Source: the human T2T-CHM13v2.0 reference genome, Homo sapiens
DNA: 64,000 nucleotides
Reading direction: 5' to 3' (one strand)
NCBI RefSeq assembly: GCF_009914755.1
Contig: NC_060932.1
Of the stretch, positions 1 to 13,590 are shown one piece after another. The position numbers were made by a program, and so were the translations under genes. Under the pieces are notes generated by a model, which worked only from the letters and a program-made list of their open reading frames with translations, made no database searches and was not told where the DNA came from. Position 1 is the first letter of the stretch. The number at the start of each line of letters is the position of its first letter.

Positions 1-421
1 TCTTTAACTATCCAGGCCACAGAACTGCCAGCTCCTTTACATCCTTTTTTGGTTCCACATGAGGCCTGAGAGACATGCATTGGGTGAGTAAAAGGGGCAC
101 GGATGTGGACCATCATGATTTATTCCTCCCCTAGACTATCTTCTTGCTGTTGATGCCATCACAGTTACATATTCCAGTCACTGCTGCAGCTGTTGAAGTT
201 TGTATTAACATTATCTGATAAGATGGCAAGCATTTAGACTTAACTATACTAACAAGGCAATTGACATCTGAGTAGCATAAATTTTTACCAGAATTACTGG
301 TAAGGTTATTTGAGATTGTTACATTTGAAAGATATGAAGTAATCAGTTTAAATATGGTTTAAGATTTAAATATAAAATGTAACATGATAATTCTCAAAAG
401 AGACTTTTAAGCAAATAAAAT

Positions 422-834
422 CAGTGAAGTGCTGCAACAGGGTCATACCAGCTAGCAAGAGTTGATTGTCACATTTTTCAGGAATTTTGAGAGCTGGTTG
501 TAAAATACAGACATTATTCAAAATTAAATTGTGGAAACAAATATATTAAAATGGTAGTAAAAAAACTTATTAATTCATAGTTATTTTGCTATATTTACTA
601 ATATCTGTGCTTCTGAGGTTATTTAAAGCTATTGTTTTTGTATAGTGAAAACATTATACAATGTACTAGAGCAAATCTCTTCCCAACTCTGTGTTCAGTT
701 ATGTCACATTATGGTTTCAAATTGGCCATTGTGGGTCTATTTATAATACACCACAGAAATAGGAAAGTGTTACAATCAAGGCTTTTTTATTCCTCGTAGA
801 GTTGGTTGTTAAAACATTTACCAGCACGCCACTG
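422..834 (+). mobile_element. MER63-type (MER63B-like) non-autonomous hAT-Blackjack DNA transposon
   Basis: Imperfect terminal inverted repeats CAGTGAAGTGCTG ... CAGCACGCCACTG; internal text (TTTTCAGGAATTTTGAGAGCTGGTTG, TCTCTTCCCAACTCTGTGTTCAG) matches the recalled MER63 consensus; length about 410 bp. Confidence 0.8.
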
Positions 835-1769
835 TGTATAATTATACTTGTCCTATAGATGAGAAATCAGAGGCTCAGAAAGTGAAGAAATCTTGCAAGA
901 TGTAGAGGGTTTCAGTGTTCTGCCATTATTGGTCCTGGGACACCTAAAGCAGGATGAACATTTGGGGAAGAGGAATTCCTTTAGTAACTCGAATCTCTTC
1001 TTTCTTCTCCCCACGAAAACCTATAAACATGTCATTTCCACTTTCACCATCTTTAGTCCAGTTCAATCCCCAGCTAGTGCAGTGTATTTTGGGATCTTCT
1101 GCTCACAAATGTCACACCCCAACAAAGAGCCTCAATGTCTTAAGTTACATCAGCCCCAGATAATCACATACTAATTTCAAGGGTGACTCTGGCTTTCAGA
1201 TAGATGAGCCTCAGAACATCGTGAGAAATTTGGGCACATTCGAGTTTGTGTGGGTATAGAATGAGTATGGAGGGAAAAAAAAAGGTAAATAGGGAAAAAC
1301 ATGAAATACATTTGTTAAGCCTGGGTATATGCAAGTCCATATGTGTTGAGGGTTGCTTATAATGACAAACTTTACGTCTGTATTCTTGCTCAGGATGGAT
1401 CCTGGCTTGGACATTTTAATTTCGTAACAATAATATGTAAGGGCATCCTTCAAAAGGACATTTAAGGTATGCTTGCTGAGAATCCTGTAGAAGACTCTCA
1501 AATAGTTACCAAGTAAATGCCATTATTATAAAGTTTTTACAATTATGATCATAATTACCATTAACCTCCTTCCCATTTGTAGTATACCTTATATTTTTTA
1601 AAAGTGCTGTACATATTTTTACATTTAAACTAGATAATGCTTTTTTTAAAAAAAAATTGTTCAACAGTGGATACACTAAGGTCCAGAGTGAATAATTTAC
1701 CCAGAATTGCACAGATAACCAGCTTGATAAGAAACTTGGCATTGGTTTTAAATGTCAGCTCTGAAACAA

Positions 1770-1995
1770 GCATTTAGTGAACAATTACTCTGTGCTAAAC
1801 ACTGTACTAGCTGCTTTACATACACAATATTATTTGGGTCCCTCCAGATAAGTATTATGTCTTATATTTTATAGATGGGGAAACTGGAGCATAAAATAAG
1901 TAAATGATTTTTCCAAAATCTTGTAGCACGTTAGTGTTAGAGCCAAGTGCTAAACCCCAACTCTGCCCGAATTCAGCATAGATGTGCTGCACTAC
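1770..1995 (-). mobile_element. MIR SINE fragment
   Basis: Core-like ATTTTATAGATGGGGAAACTGGAG...AAGTAAATGATTTTTCCAA; boundaries approximate. Confidence 0.65.
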
Positions 1996-2869
1996 TACTT
2001 TAAGCTAATAGGTCCAAACCTAGATGACATGCCCTTTCCTAAAGTTACTTCCATTAGTGAGCAAATTCACAAGAGCATTGCCTGCCATGAAGAATATATC
2101 TGTCTTTCTAGTAAAGTGCTTTTGGAATTTTTTTTCCCTAGTGAGAGATTTGGAAACTTAGCATCACAAGAAAAAAAAAATAAATAAAAAGCAAGGGAAA
2201 TATCAAATGACCTTAGTTCTCTGCCCTCAAATGCTGATGTTTGGTCACCAGTATTTCTCGGTCATGAAAAAGTGACCTATAGACATACACTTTATTCAAT
2301 TGGATGAAGTTTAAAATGCAAACACCAGTGTGTCTCTGCATGACATTTAGTGTTTCATTTTCTACTCCATGGATCCTTGCTTCCCAAGAGAACTCTTCAG
2401 GCAGGTTTCTATGGAAATACAAGCCAAATGCTTTGAGGGTATAATAAAAAAATATTTCCACTTTAGCCCATGGGACCCAAATGTGTTTGTTGCTGTAAAA
2501 TATAGAACTTTAAAGACAAGCACAAATCAGAGTACAATATGGACCCAGTTCTATATGACTACAAGTTCTTCAGCTCCAAGTTACCTTGGGGAAGAGTGTT
2601 CATAATCCTAAATCTTGATTGTTTTCAAAAGAAGAAAGTACCTTCTGCTGTTCAAAGTAGCTTTCTTAGAATTAAGCAGTAGGAACTGTCAGGGAATGGT
2701 GAGCTCGTGGGTAATGGACCAGGTAATTTTCCGGCTTCATGTATTGTTGATAAACCTGCATTTATTTCTAAGTCTTTTGAGGGATCATTTTGGTTTTTGA
2801 ATTTTCTAATGGGAAATCACATCCTCCAAACACCACTTGATTTTTCTAATATGAATCAGTCACACCATA

Positions 2870-3700
2870 GTGATGTTCTGGTTCCTGTTGCTGTATGAAT
2901 TCTTACTCCAAAATTTAGCAGCTTAAAGCAATCATTTAATTTTGCTGACAGATTTCTGGGTCAGGAATTCTAGAAGGACTTGACTGATAATTTTTACTTG
3001 GCATCTCCTGTGAAGTTGTAGTCAGATGTCAGTTGGGGCTGGTGTCATCTGAAGTCTTTTTTTGTTTTGTTTTTTGAGTCAGGGTCTTGTTCTGTCACCC
3101 AGGCTGGAGCACAGTGGTACAAACAGCGCTCACTGCAACCTTGACTTCCTGGACTAAAATGATTCTCTCACCTCTGCTGCCCCTGTAGCTGGGACCACAG
3201 GCATTAGCCACCACATCTGGCTAAGTTTTTATTTTCTGTAGAGACAGGGTGTCACCATCTTGCCCAGGCTGGTCTCAAACTCCTGAACACAAACAATCCT
3301 TCCACCTCAGCCTCCCAAAGTGCTGGGATTACAGGTGTGAGCCACCATGCCTGGCCTGGATGTCTTGACTGGGCTGGTTGTATGAGATGGCTTAATCACA
3401 TGGTTGGAAGTCAATGCTGACTATCAGCTGGGAGCTCAGCTGGGGCCATTGAACAGAACACTTATATGCAGCCTCTCCAGTACAACAGCCTTAGTATAGT
3501 GAGGCAGCTTATTTGATGCCTGACTTCCCCTAGAGTTCGTGTTCCAAGAGAATTGGGGGGCTACTTGCCTGGTCTTTTTTTGACCTGGCAGTCATACAGC
3601 ATCACTAATTGTGTGTTCTCTTAGTCACAAGCCCACCCAGATTCAAAAGGAAGGGGCCCAGATATCCCTTCTTGATTGGAGAAATATTAAAGGAGTGTCT
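2870..3700 (-). mobile_element. Old MaLR LTR (MLT1 family) interrupted by an Alu
   Basis: MLT1-like text (CCAAAATTTAGCAGCTTAAAGCAA...GGGTCAGGAATTC; GCTGGGAGCTCAGCTGGGG; CCCAGATTCAAAAGGAAGGGG) continues on both sides of the Alu at 3057-3356. Confidence 0.65.
3057..3356 (-). mobile_element. Alu SINE (old, AluJ-like)
   Basis: Poly-T head and antisense Alu dimer ending CCTGGCC; highly diverged. Confidence 0.92.
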
Positions 3701-3774
3701 TCCCCCTTCTTCGTGATGAGAAAAGAATAAAATAATTTTTGATAACATTAAAATGTATTTTAGAGTAGTAACAG

Positions 3775-4500
3775 TTATATCAGTTTGCTATTGTGGCACA
3801 ATTAACCATGATAAAATTAAAAATAAGAGGGGCCACGAGTGATGGCTTATGCCTGTAAGCTAAACACTTTGAGAGCCTGAGGTTGGAAGACTGCTTGAAG
3901 CGAGGAACTCAAGACCAGCCTTGGTAACAATACAAAATAAAAAAAAAAAGGAAAAAAATTATCTGAGCATGGTGGTGCACCCCTATCATCCAAGCTACTT
4001 GAGAGACAGAGGCAGGAGGATCACCTGAGCCCATCCAGAGGTTCCACACTGCAGTGAGCTATGATGGCATTAACGCACTCCAAGCAGGGCAATGGAGCCA
4101 GACCCTGTCTCTAAAAAATAAAATAAAATATGAATAAGAACCATTTGTTTAGCTCACCATTCTGTGGTTAGTAATTTAGGCTGGGCTCAGCTAGGTGACT
4201 GTTGCTCCCTCGTGCGTCTGTAGTCAGTTTTATGTCAGTTTTGCTGATCTTGTCTGGTCTTTCTCCCTAGCCTGTTTCTATGGTGAAAAATTCTGAGAGA
4301 GTGTGGAAGCATGGACAGCCACTTGAAGGGTAGGCTCAAAGTTGGCAAGTTATTACTTCTGCTAGCCAAAGCAAGTGGCAAGGCCAGGCCGGGTTTCAGA
4401 GCCAGGGATAGAGTTTACCTCTCATGGGTGTTGCTGTACAGTCACTTTGTAAGGGGCATTGGGGATAGGGAAGGGAATAATTGCAGCCAATTAAAAAATA
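3775..4500 (-). mobile_element. Old MaLR LTR (MLT1 family) interrupted by an Alu
   Basis: CCATTTGTTTAGCTCACCATTCTGTGG...GGCTGGGCTCAGCTAGG and GCCAAAGCAAGT motifs typical of MLT1. Confidence 0.55.
3831..4130 (+). mobile_element. Alu SINE (old, AluJ-like, very diverged)
   Basis: Dimeric Alu with A-rich linker and tail; short flanking repeat AATAAGA. Confidence 0.88.
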
Positions 4501-4509
4501 ATATTTTAT

Positions 4510-4760
4510 GATAGCTAACCTTTATGTAGTATGTGTTTCGTTCCAGAAATTCTTCTAAGCATTCTACCTGTATAGTTGATGTGATCTTCAAAACAACCCT
4601 ACACATGGTTACTATCACTATTCAGATTTTATAGATGAGGAAACAAGCACAGAGCATAACTGACTTGCTCAAAGTCACAGAAATATTAAAGGAGTAAAAT
4701 AGTATTCATACCCAGGCAATCTGGCTTCAGAGTCTGTGTTTATAACTACTAAATTATACT
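4510..4760 (-). mobile_element. MIR SINE
   Basis: ATTTTATAGATGAGGAAACAAGCACAGAG...ACTTGCTCAAAGTCACAG...ATTCATACCCAGGCAATCTGGCTTCAGAG. Confidence 0.8.
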
Positions 4761-6962
4761 GTTAATTTTTTTGATATAAATTGCATCATGGTAGGTAATT
4801 AAGGAGTACTTATTATGAGATATGAACCAAGGGTTAAATGTTCCCAGCATACCAATATTTGGTTATTGCTGGGTCTTTGGACCACTGAACACAATCTTTT
4901 AAGCTGTTTTATTCACATAAGTGATGTTCAAGTGAATTCAGCTTGTATTCTTAAAGCTATAAGCAGATTTTATTACATCTAAAGGTAGTATGGAGGATTG
5001 GCATGATCACAGAGTTTCAAAGTAGAACTTGGTACTTGCTTTTGTAGTTTTATTTCCTCATTTATCAAATAAGGGGGTTAGACTGAATAATCCCTGGTTA
5101 CATAACATTCTAAAAGCTAAATCTTATCAGCATCATAGTTGTGTATTGATCTAAAGCTATTAATGATGATCTGTAATAAGGATAACAAATGTACTGTGAA
5201 TTGACAATATTTCTCTTTTCTGATTTTCTGTAAGTTCTTCATATGTCTTAAACCATGGACTTTTCTGGTTTTTAGGTCAGATACATTTCTTGCTGATAAT
5301 GGATAATCTATTTCCTTACAATAAGCAGCAGTTGGAAAACAGCGTATTCAGAAAGCATGTTAATGGATGTTTGGATAGGCATTTCAATGATGATTGCTTT
5401 AGTAAAGCAATAATAATGGGGCAATGTAATGAAGAGAGGTACAAAGACAAAGCAATAAAAAGAAAGGCAAGGATAAAGATAGAGAATGAGAAAAAATAAA
5501 ACAGGCTCAATGTGACATCTGTTTGGCTCTGGAAAGGCTTAATGAATCTGACGTCTGGGGTCTCTCATTGGCCTGGGGGCTGTTTGACAAATGGTGTCCT
5601 GTGGGGAAACATGAAATGAAATCTGTGTTTCAGGGGTAGTTTTTTGATTGATCCAGCCAGGGGCCCTCAAGGGAGATACCAGTGCCTGGATAGCAATTGG
5701 TGGTGCCTTCCAACACCATGTCACCTGGAACCAAGAAGCTCGGCATCTAGATCCTTTTATTGGAGCTCTTTTAGAAGAAAAATGGGGAAATAATCTTTCA
5801 GCAAAACAAGCATAGGCAGGACACAGGATGAAACAGAGCAGTTCTGCCATAAGGAGTGGGGAAAGCCCTCACATGGTCTCTTGCCATTTGATCTCAGTGA
5901 GCCTTAGTTATCTCATCTCTTAAATGGGGTTGGGGATGGGGTAGGTGGGTGGGTGGAAGGGTATTGCCCTGAATGAAAAGTAAAATCATTTTCTAAGTAA
6001 TTTCTGGTTTTGTTAAATCAATGACAAAATTCTAATTTCACCATCATGACATTCTGAACTAACACAGAACCTCCAACATGAAAAACATTTATATATCCAT
6101 GTTTTAATCAGCATGTTCATAGTAGCTCATAAATTTCTGAACATTTAACCATTAACTCTTGCCAGCCTATACAAGCTGGCTTCAGCACACATTACTGCAA
6201 TTCTGAGGTACCAGAAATAATTTATACCCAGATTAATAAGAGATATCAAGTTGGACCTGAAGGCATGCAAATAGATATAGGTCTTAGCGAATAGTGGCTG
6301 AGATTTTAATGTCCACTCAGAGTAAGATATATGGCTATGGAGGAGGGGGATATAGAGGAGAGTGGGCACTGCTGTGAGGCTGCTTGCTGAAACCAGACAC
6401 CAGCAAAAAGCTGAGACCCTGTAAGAGCTGCCCAGTTTGTCAAAGAGGTAAGAAAACACCGTAAATACTAAGAATTAACAAGGAAGCATGTCTTTCCTTT
6501 ATGCTTTGGGAAAAAAAAATCCAATTAAGAACTGAAACTGAAAGCTTATGCCATGCCTAGGTATGGAATACCAATTCACATTCTGTATACAGGCATGAAT
6601 TCTAAGCTGATAAATTAGAAATGTAAATGCTGATCCTGGACAAGTGAATTTTCAGAGGTGCCCAATAAAAGCAAAACAAAACAGCTCTTTAGGGCTTCCA
6701 CAATACAGAAGGCAAGGGACACACACAGGAAAAAATACATTCAAGTTGAAGATAAAAACTCATTCAAAAATTACAAGTCATAGGAGGAAATGAACTATAA
6801 TGGAAGGACATCAGCAGATACAAAGTGCAGGTTAAAAAAAGGTATAAAGATAAGACAGATAAACAGATGCAACAATGGAATAGATATTAACAATTAGAGA
6901 AAATGAATAAAAATTGTTGGAGGAGAAAAATAAAAATAACTGAAATTAAAAACTCAACAGAG

Positions 6963-9900
6963 ACTTCTACTTCTGAAAAGGTGGAGTAGATGTATGATAT
7001 GGTTTAGCTGTATCCCCACCCAAATCTCATCTTGAATTGTAGCTCCCATAATTCCCACATGTTGTAGGAGGGACCCGGTGGGAGATAATTGAATCATAGG
7101 GGCAGTTTCCCTCATAGTGTTCTCATGGTAGTGAATCAGTCTCACGAGATCTGAGGGTTTTATAAGGGGAAACCCCTTTCACTTGGCTCTCATTTCTCTC
7201 TTGCCTGCTGCCATGTAAGACATGCCTTTCGCCTTCCACCATGATGGTGAGGTCTTCTCAGCCATGTGGAACTGTGAGTCTTGTAAACCTCTTTTTCCTT
7301 ATAAATTACCCAGTCTCGGGTATGTCTTTATCAGCAGCATGAAAACAAACTAATACAACGTACTTTCCTTCTTCTACCTAAGTATGGACTAAACACTCTG
7401 GATTGTGTCATAGTACAATTCTGAAAGGTAAAGAGAAGAAAGCAGATGAGCTAGGGTCCTTTGGAACTTGAGGAATTACTTGGTGGTAAATTCCCTAGGA
7501 TTCCTTTCTTTTCACCTTCTGTATCCCAGACTTAAGTCTGAAGAAATCAGCAACCTGCAAATATCAATGATTACAGACAAATAAAAGCTCCAACAAAAGC
7601 TTGCTTTCTACAGTCAAAGGATGAAGAAAGGGGGAGACTAGTAATATAGAAAACTTTTGGACAATAGCAACTCTACTCTAACAAACACCACATAGTAAAA
7701 CTGTCTATACCCCTACCCCACCTGTAAAGGGCTCATGAGGATCTAGACTTCCATCCTCACCAGGGTAAACTGAGGTCTCACCAGGGTAAACTGAGGTGCC
7801 CCAATCACTCATCTGGGTTGTATTAGAGAAGTCTGAGTTGGGGCTTTTATCCTCAGTGGATGTTAATAAGCCCTCATCTTTTTATAACGTCAGTGGAGCC
7901 CAAATGGGGAAACTAAATTCCCCCCACTGCCAGCAGTAATGAGGTATCCCTCCCAGTCACTGTTGGGATTATGTCAGAAAGAACTACTGGAGAATCTGGG
8001 TTTTTAACACCACAAAATAGTATTAAGGTCATCCTCCTCACTATCATGCAGTGGAAGCCTCCTGAGGAACTAGAACTCCCACTCTATCAAGCAGTAACCC
8101 TGAACAAAGTGCTCACCTCTGTCCCATGTCAATGGAAGCTGAGTAGGAAATCCGGACTTCTGCAAGCACCTGACAGTAGTGAGGCAGTGCCTACCACTTA
8201 TTTATCAGAGCCATGTCAGAGAAAGCAAGATAAAACAGAAGGTTTGTAAGACTCACAGTTTCATTACATAGTACCCCAAAGTTCCAGATTTCAATTTAAA
8301 AAAATCAGTTGTTATATCAAAAACAGAAAGATTTCAAACTGACCAAACCAAAAACAAAGAATGCCAACACAGAGATGAAAAATATGTTAGAATTATCTGG
8401 CAAAGATTTTAAAGTAGCCATCATAAAAGATGCATTACAAGCAAATACAGATACACTTGAAATAAGTGAAAAATATGAAAGCCTCAGCAAACAAAGGAAA
8501 TATAAAAAATAACCTAATGACAATTTTAGTACTAAAAATATAATACCTAAAAAGAAAAAACCAGTGGACGTGCTCAGCAGCAGAATGGAGGAAAGAACTA
8601 GTGAACTGGAAGATGGAACAACAGAAATAATCTCATCTGAACAACAGAGAGAAAATAGACTGGAAAAAAAACACACCACAACACAGCCTCAGGTACCTAT
8701 GGGAGTATAACAAAAGATCTAACATTTTTTTCTGTCAGACCCCTGAAATGAGAGGAGAAACAGTTGGGGTTGAAAAGTACTCAAAGAAATGATGTCTAAA
8801 AACTTCTCAAATGTGGCAAAAGATATTAATCTACAGAGTCAAAAAACTAAGCAAATCCCTAACAGGATAAACCCAAATAAATTTACATCATAGTCAAACT
8901 TCAGAAAACTAAATACAAAGAAAAAAAATCTTAAAAACAATGGTTAGAGAGAAAATACACCTTACTTATCTGGGGGGAAAACATTCAAGTGACAACCTAT
9001 CCTATTTCTCTTAGAAACCACAGAGGCCAGAAAGTAGTAGTGTGACACTTTTCAAGTGCTGAAAGTAAAGGACTGTCAACCCAGAATCCTATATCCAGTG
9101 AAAATATCCTTCAGAAATGACAGAAAAATAAAGCCATTCTCATGTGAAGGGAAACTAAGAAATTTTGTCACCAGCAGACCTCACCTAAAAAGAATGGCTA
9201 AGAGAAATTCTCTGAAAAGGAAGGAAAGTAGTAAAAGAAAGAAGATAGGAAGATCAAGATGAGAAAAGAACAATAGAAACAGTAAATATATGAATAAATA
9301 CATTTTCCTTCTCCTCTTGAATTTTCTTGGTGATTGATGCTTGAAGTGAAAATTATAACACTGGTTGATGTGGTTATAAATGTATGTGGAGAAACATTTA
9401 GGTAGAGTAAAAGAGTGTAAATCAGGGACAGCTTTTTATACTTCACTCAAACTGGTGAAATTGTGACACCAATAAAGTGTGATAAGTTATGTATGCATAA
9501 GGTAATACCCAGAGTAATCATCAAAAAGCTATACAAAGAGCATCTCTCAAATACCATGATACATTTTCAAGTAGCCTATAGGAAAGCAGGAAAAATTAAA
9601 GAGAGAAACAAAAACTAGACAGAACAAACAGAAAACAAAATTAAAATTTCAGATGTAAGCCCTAACAAGTCAACAATTACATTAAATTTAAATAGTCTAT
9701 ACCAATTAAAAAACATAGTGCATTATAAAATATGACCCAACTATACGCTGACTGTGGGAAACTCACCTCAAATATAATGGTATACACAGGTTGAAAGAAA
9801 AAAATGAAAAAAGAATTATGCAAACAAAAAGTAGGAATGATATTAATCTATATTAATATCAGACAGAGCAGTCTTCAGCACAAAGAAAATGACTGGAGAC

Positions 9901-10115
9901 ATAGAGGGACATTATATAATGTTTAAAGGGTCAACCCACCGTGAAGACGTAACAATCCTGCAACAACAGAGCTACAAAATATGTGAAGAAAAAATTGATA
10001 GACCTGAAAAAAAAAGAGAAGTCTATAATTACACTCCCTCAATTGATAGAATGGTTACACAGAAAATCCCTAATGACATGGATCAATTCAATAATACCAT
10101 CAACCAACAGTATAC
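6963..10115 (+). mobile_element. Old mammalian LINE-1 (L1M type) 5' portion: 5'UTR, decayed ORF1 and start of ORF2 endonuclease
   Basis: ORF1-like peptides (CQPRILYPVKISFRNDRKIKPFS, ELSGKDFKVAII) and endonuclease-like peptide (DIEGHYIMFKGSTHREDVTIL); many stops and frameshifts; THE1 LTR inserted near the 5' end. Confidence 0.8.
6995..7357 (+). mobile_element. THE1 (THE1C-like) MaLR solo LTR
   Basis: TGATATGGTTT...ACTAATACA termini, 363 bp; 5-bp TSD ATGTA/ACGTA (one CpG-type transition). Confidence 0.93.
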
Positions 10116-10144
10116 AATGGTCAAATATTTGTCCCCACCAATAG

Positions 10145-11100
10145 AGGTCCAATTGCTGCAGCACCATTTACTGAAAAGACTATCTTTCCTAAATTGAATT
10201 GCTATTTTACTTTTGTCAAAAATTCAGTTCAGCAATTGTGTGGATGTATTCCTGCATTCAATTGATCTATGTGTCTACTCCCCTGCCAATGCCACAGTCT
10301 GATCACTGTAGCTATACAATATAAGTCTTGAAATTAAGTAGACAGATTCCTCACATTTTATTTTTATTTTTCGATCTTGTTTCAGATATTCTAGTTTTTT
10401 TTGGCCTTTCATACATGTAAATTTATAATAATGTCTATGTAGACAAAAAATGTTGCTTTGATCTTGGTCAACTCCAGGAGATTTGACATCTTTACTGTGT
10501 TGAGTCTTCCAATTGATGAAAATGGCATGTATCTCCATTTATTTAGATTTTACTTTATTTTATAAGTATTTTGTGGTTTTAAGCATGTAAACCCTGTAAA
10601 TGTTATCTTAGATTTACACCCAAATCAATTTTTTGAGAGATTTTAAATAGTATTGTATATTTAATATCAGAGTTTATGTGTTCTCTGATAGTATACAGGA
10701 ATAAAGTTGATTTTTCTGTCTTATGTATTTGGTTACTGATAGTATATAGGAATAAAGTTGATTTTTCTGTCATATATTTTGTTACCTTGTGGAACTCACT
10801 TATTAGTCGTGGAATATTTTCATAGATTCCTTAAAATTTTCTACATAAACAAACATGTCATGTAGAAGACAAACCATTTTACTTCTTGCTTTCTTATATA
10901 TATGATTTTATTCTCTATGTTTCTTTATTGTACTGGCTATAACTTCTTACCACTGTTAAGAGTGATGAGAGTGGACATCCTTGCCTTGTTTCAAGACTTA
11001 GAGGGAAAGCATTTAGTCTTTATCCATTACATATAATTTTAGTTGCAAGTTTTTTTCTAGACATATTTTATCAAGTTGAGGTAAATCCATCTATTCTTGA
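10145..11100 (-). mobile_element. Old LINE-1 (L1M) ORF2 fragment, antisense
   Basis: CAGCACCATTTACTGAAAAGACTATCTTTCC and GTGGACATCCTTGCCTTGT...AGAGGGAAAGCATTTAGTCTTT are antisense L1 ORF2 text. Confidence 0.8.
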
Positions 11101-11468
11101 GTTTCTATTATTTTCCAATATGTGTACATGATAATTTTTTCAAAGCAGTGATAATATTTATTTTTGAGTTTAATATGTGCTTTTACCGTCAGATTATTTC
11201 AGCAAATATTTACAGAACACTTGTTCTTAAGAGCTCTTTTTTTCTTCTGATTTTTTTTTCTTTTCTGTAAAGCACCCGTTCTTACGTAAATAGGGTATCT
11301 TCTCTTTGAATATATTTTTTTAATTTTCTAATATTGGCATTTTATTTCCTTTGAGTTCCTTTTTTTCTTATTTGTGTTTGTTTTTTTAAAAAGTGTGTTA
11401 GACTTCAGTGTCTGATGATTCTTGGTTGTCTGCTGATATTTCAGGATGAGACACTAAAAAGTAGATTG

Positions 11469-12262
11469 GTGATAGATGCTGGCATGGATATGGAGAAAAG
11501 AACTTTATATACTTTTATTGAGAAGGTAAATTACCACAGACATTGTGGAAATTGGTATTGAGATTTTTCAAATAATTAAAAATTGAACTACCGTATGAGT
11601 TGGCAATGCCAACTCAATTTTCTTTCCAAAGGAAAGAAAATCAGTATATCAAAGGAATATCTGCACCTCTATGTTTGTTGCAGCATGATTCACAATAGCA
11701 AAGCTATGAAATCAACCTAAGTGTCCATTAATGAATGAATACATCAATGAAATATGGTATATATACCCAATGAAATACTATTCTGTCATAAAAAAGAATG
11801 AAAGCCTGTCATCTGCAGCAACGTGAATAGAACTGAAGGTCATTATGTTAAGTGAAATAGACAAAGCACAGGAAGATAAACATCACTTGTTCTCACTCCT
11901 GTATGGGAACTAAAAAAGTTGGTCTGGGGGAGGCAGAGAGTAGAATGTTAGTTACCAGAGGCTCGAAAGGGAGTGTGTGTTGTGGAGATAAAGAGTTTGG
12001 CTAATGGGTACAAAGATACAGTTAGATATAAGAAATAAGTTCTAATGTTCAATAACAGAGTAGGGTGACTATAGTTAACAACGTTTCACATATTTCAAAA
12101 TAGAATAGAGAACTTGAAATGTTCCCGACAAGTAGAAATGATAAATGCTCAAGATGATGGATATCTTAAGTACCCTGACATGATCATTACATGTTCTATG
12201 AATGTAACAAATATCACATGCACCCTGTAAGTATGCACAAATATTATGCCTCCATTTTTTTT
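11469..12262 (+). mobile_element. 5'-truncated L1MA-type LINE-1 3' end
   Basis: L1MA 3' end text (AATCAACCTAAGTGTCCA, GTTAGATATAAGAAATAAGTTCT, TACCCTGACATGATCATTAC); TSD AAAGTAGATTG at 11458-11468 and 12263-12273. Confidence 0.88.
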
Positions 12263-12479
12263 AAAGTAGATTGAAAGCACTATGCTCACTGTCCAGGCTA
12301 ATCAGAATTGTTAATAAACAAAAATAAAAAGGAAAATTTCAGAAATGAAAATAAGCATAAGTAAAGGTAGATTCAAAAACGTTTTTAAAAGAGTTATTGT
12401 TTCCAGTGATTCTCCAATGAATCCTGTAAAAATTCCAGTGTTTACAGGATTTTATATTTTCACCCATTGCATGTGACTG

Positions 12480-13165
<686 letters not shown>

Positions 13166-13189
13166 AATAATCTAACCTGGGGTTATTTT

Positions 13190-13590
13190 TCTTCTCTTTC
13201 TACACACTGATCTTGAGCAACCTTATCCATACTCTTGCCTCTAGAATACTGAGGACTTCAAGTACATATTTCAAACTTCTACCTTTCTTCTGAGCTTTAG
13301 ATGCTTATTTCCATCTTCCAACCCTAACTCAAAAGTCATTCCATCTCAGGAAGCTTTTCTAAATCTTCCCCTCTGCACTTGACCAAAGTTACATGCTCTA
13401 TGTGTTTCAATATCACTGTTTCATACTTTTATTTATAATGTTCACCTCATTGCAATGCAACTGTTGATCTACGTATCCTTTTTACCACTGGACCAGAATC
13501 TAGTTAAGAACAGGGACCTTATAGTCTCCAGATTGTGAAAGAGCTTGGGCCCTACAGTCATGTTTTTTCAGTATGTGCTGAAATAATGTA
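13190..13590 (+). mobile_element. L2 LINE fragments
   Basis: L2-like text CTTGAGCAACCTTATCCA...TTCTTCTGAGCTTTAGA and CTCAGGAAGCTTTTCTAA...CAGGGACCTT. Confidence 0.5.

Noticed and set aside
7725-8245. CRISPR-like repeat-spacer array
   Set aside because: Degenerate tandem units inside a eukaryotic L1 5'UTR; no identical repeats with unique spacers and no cas genes.
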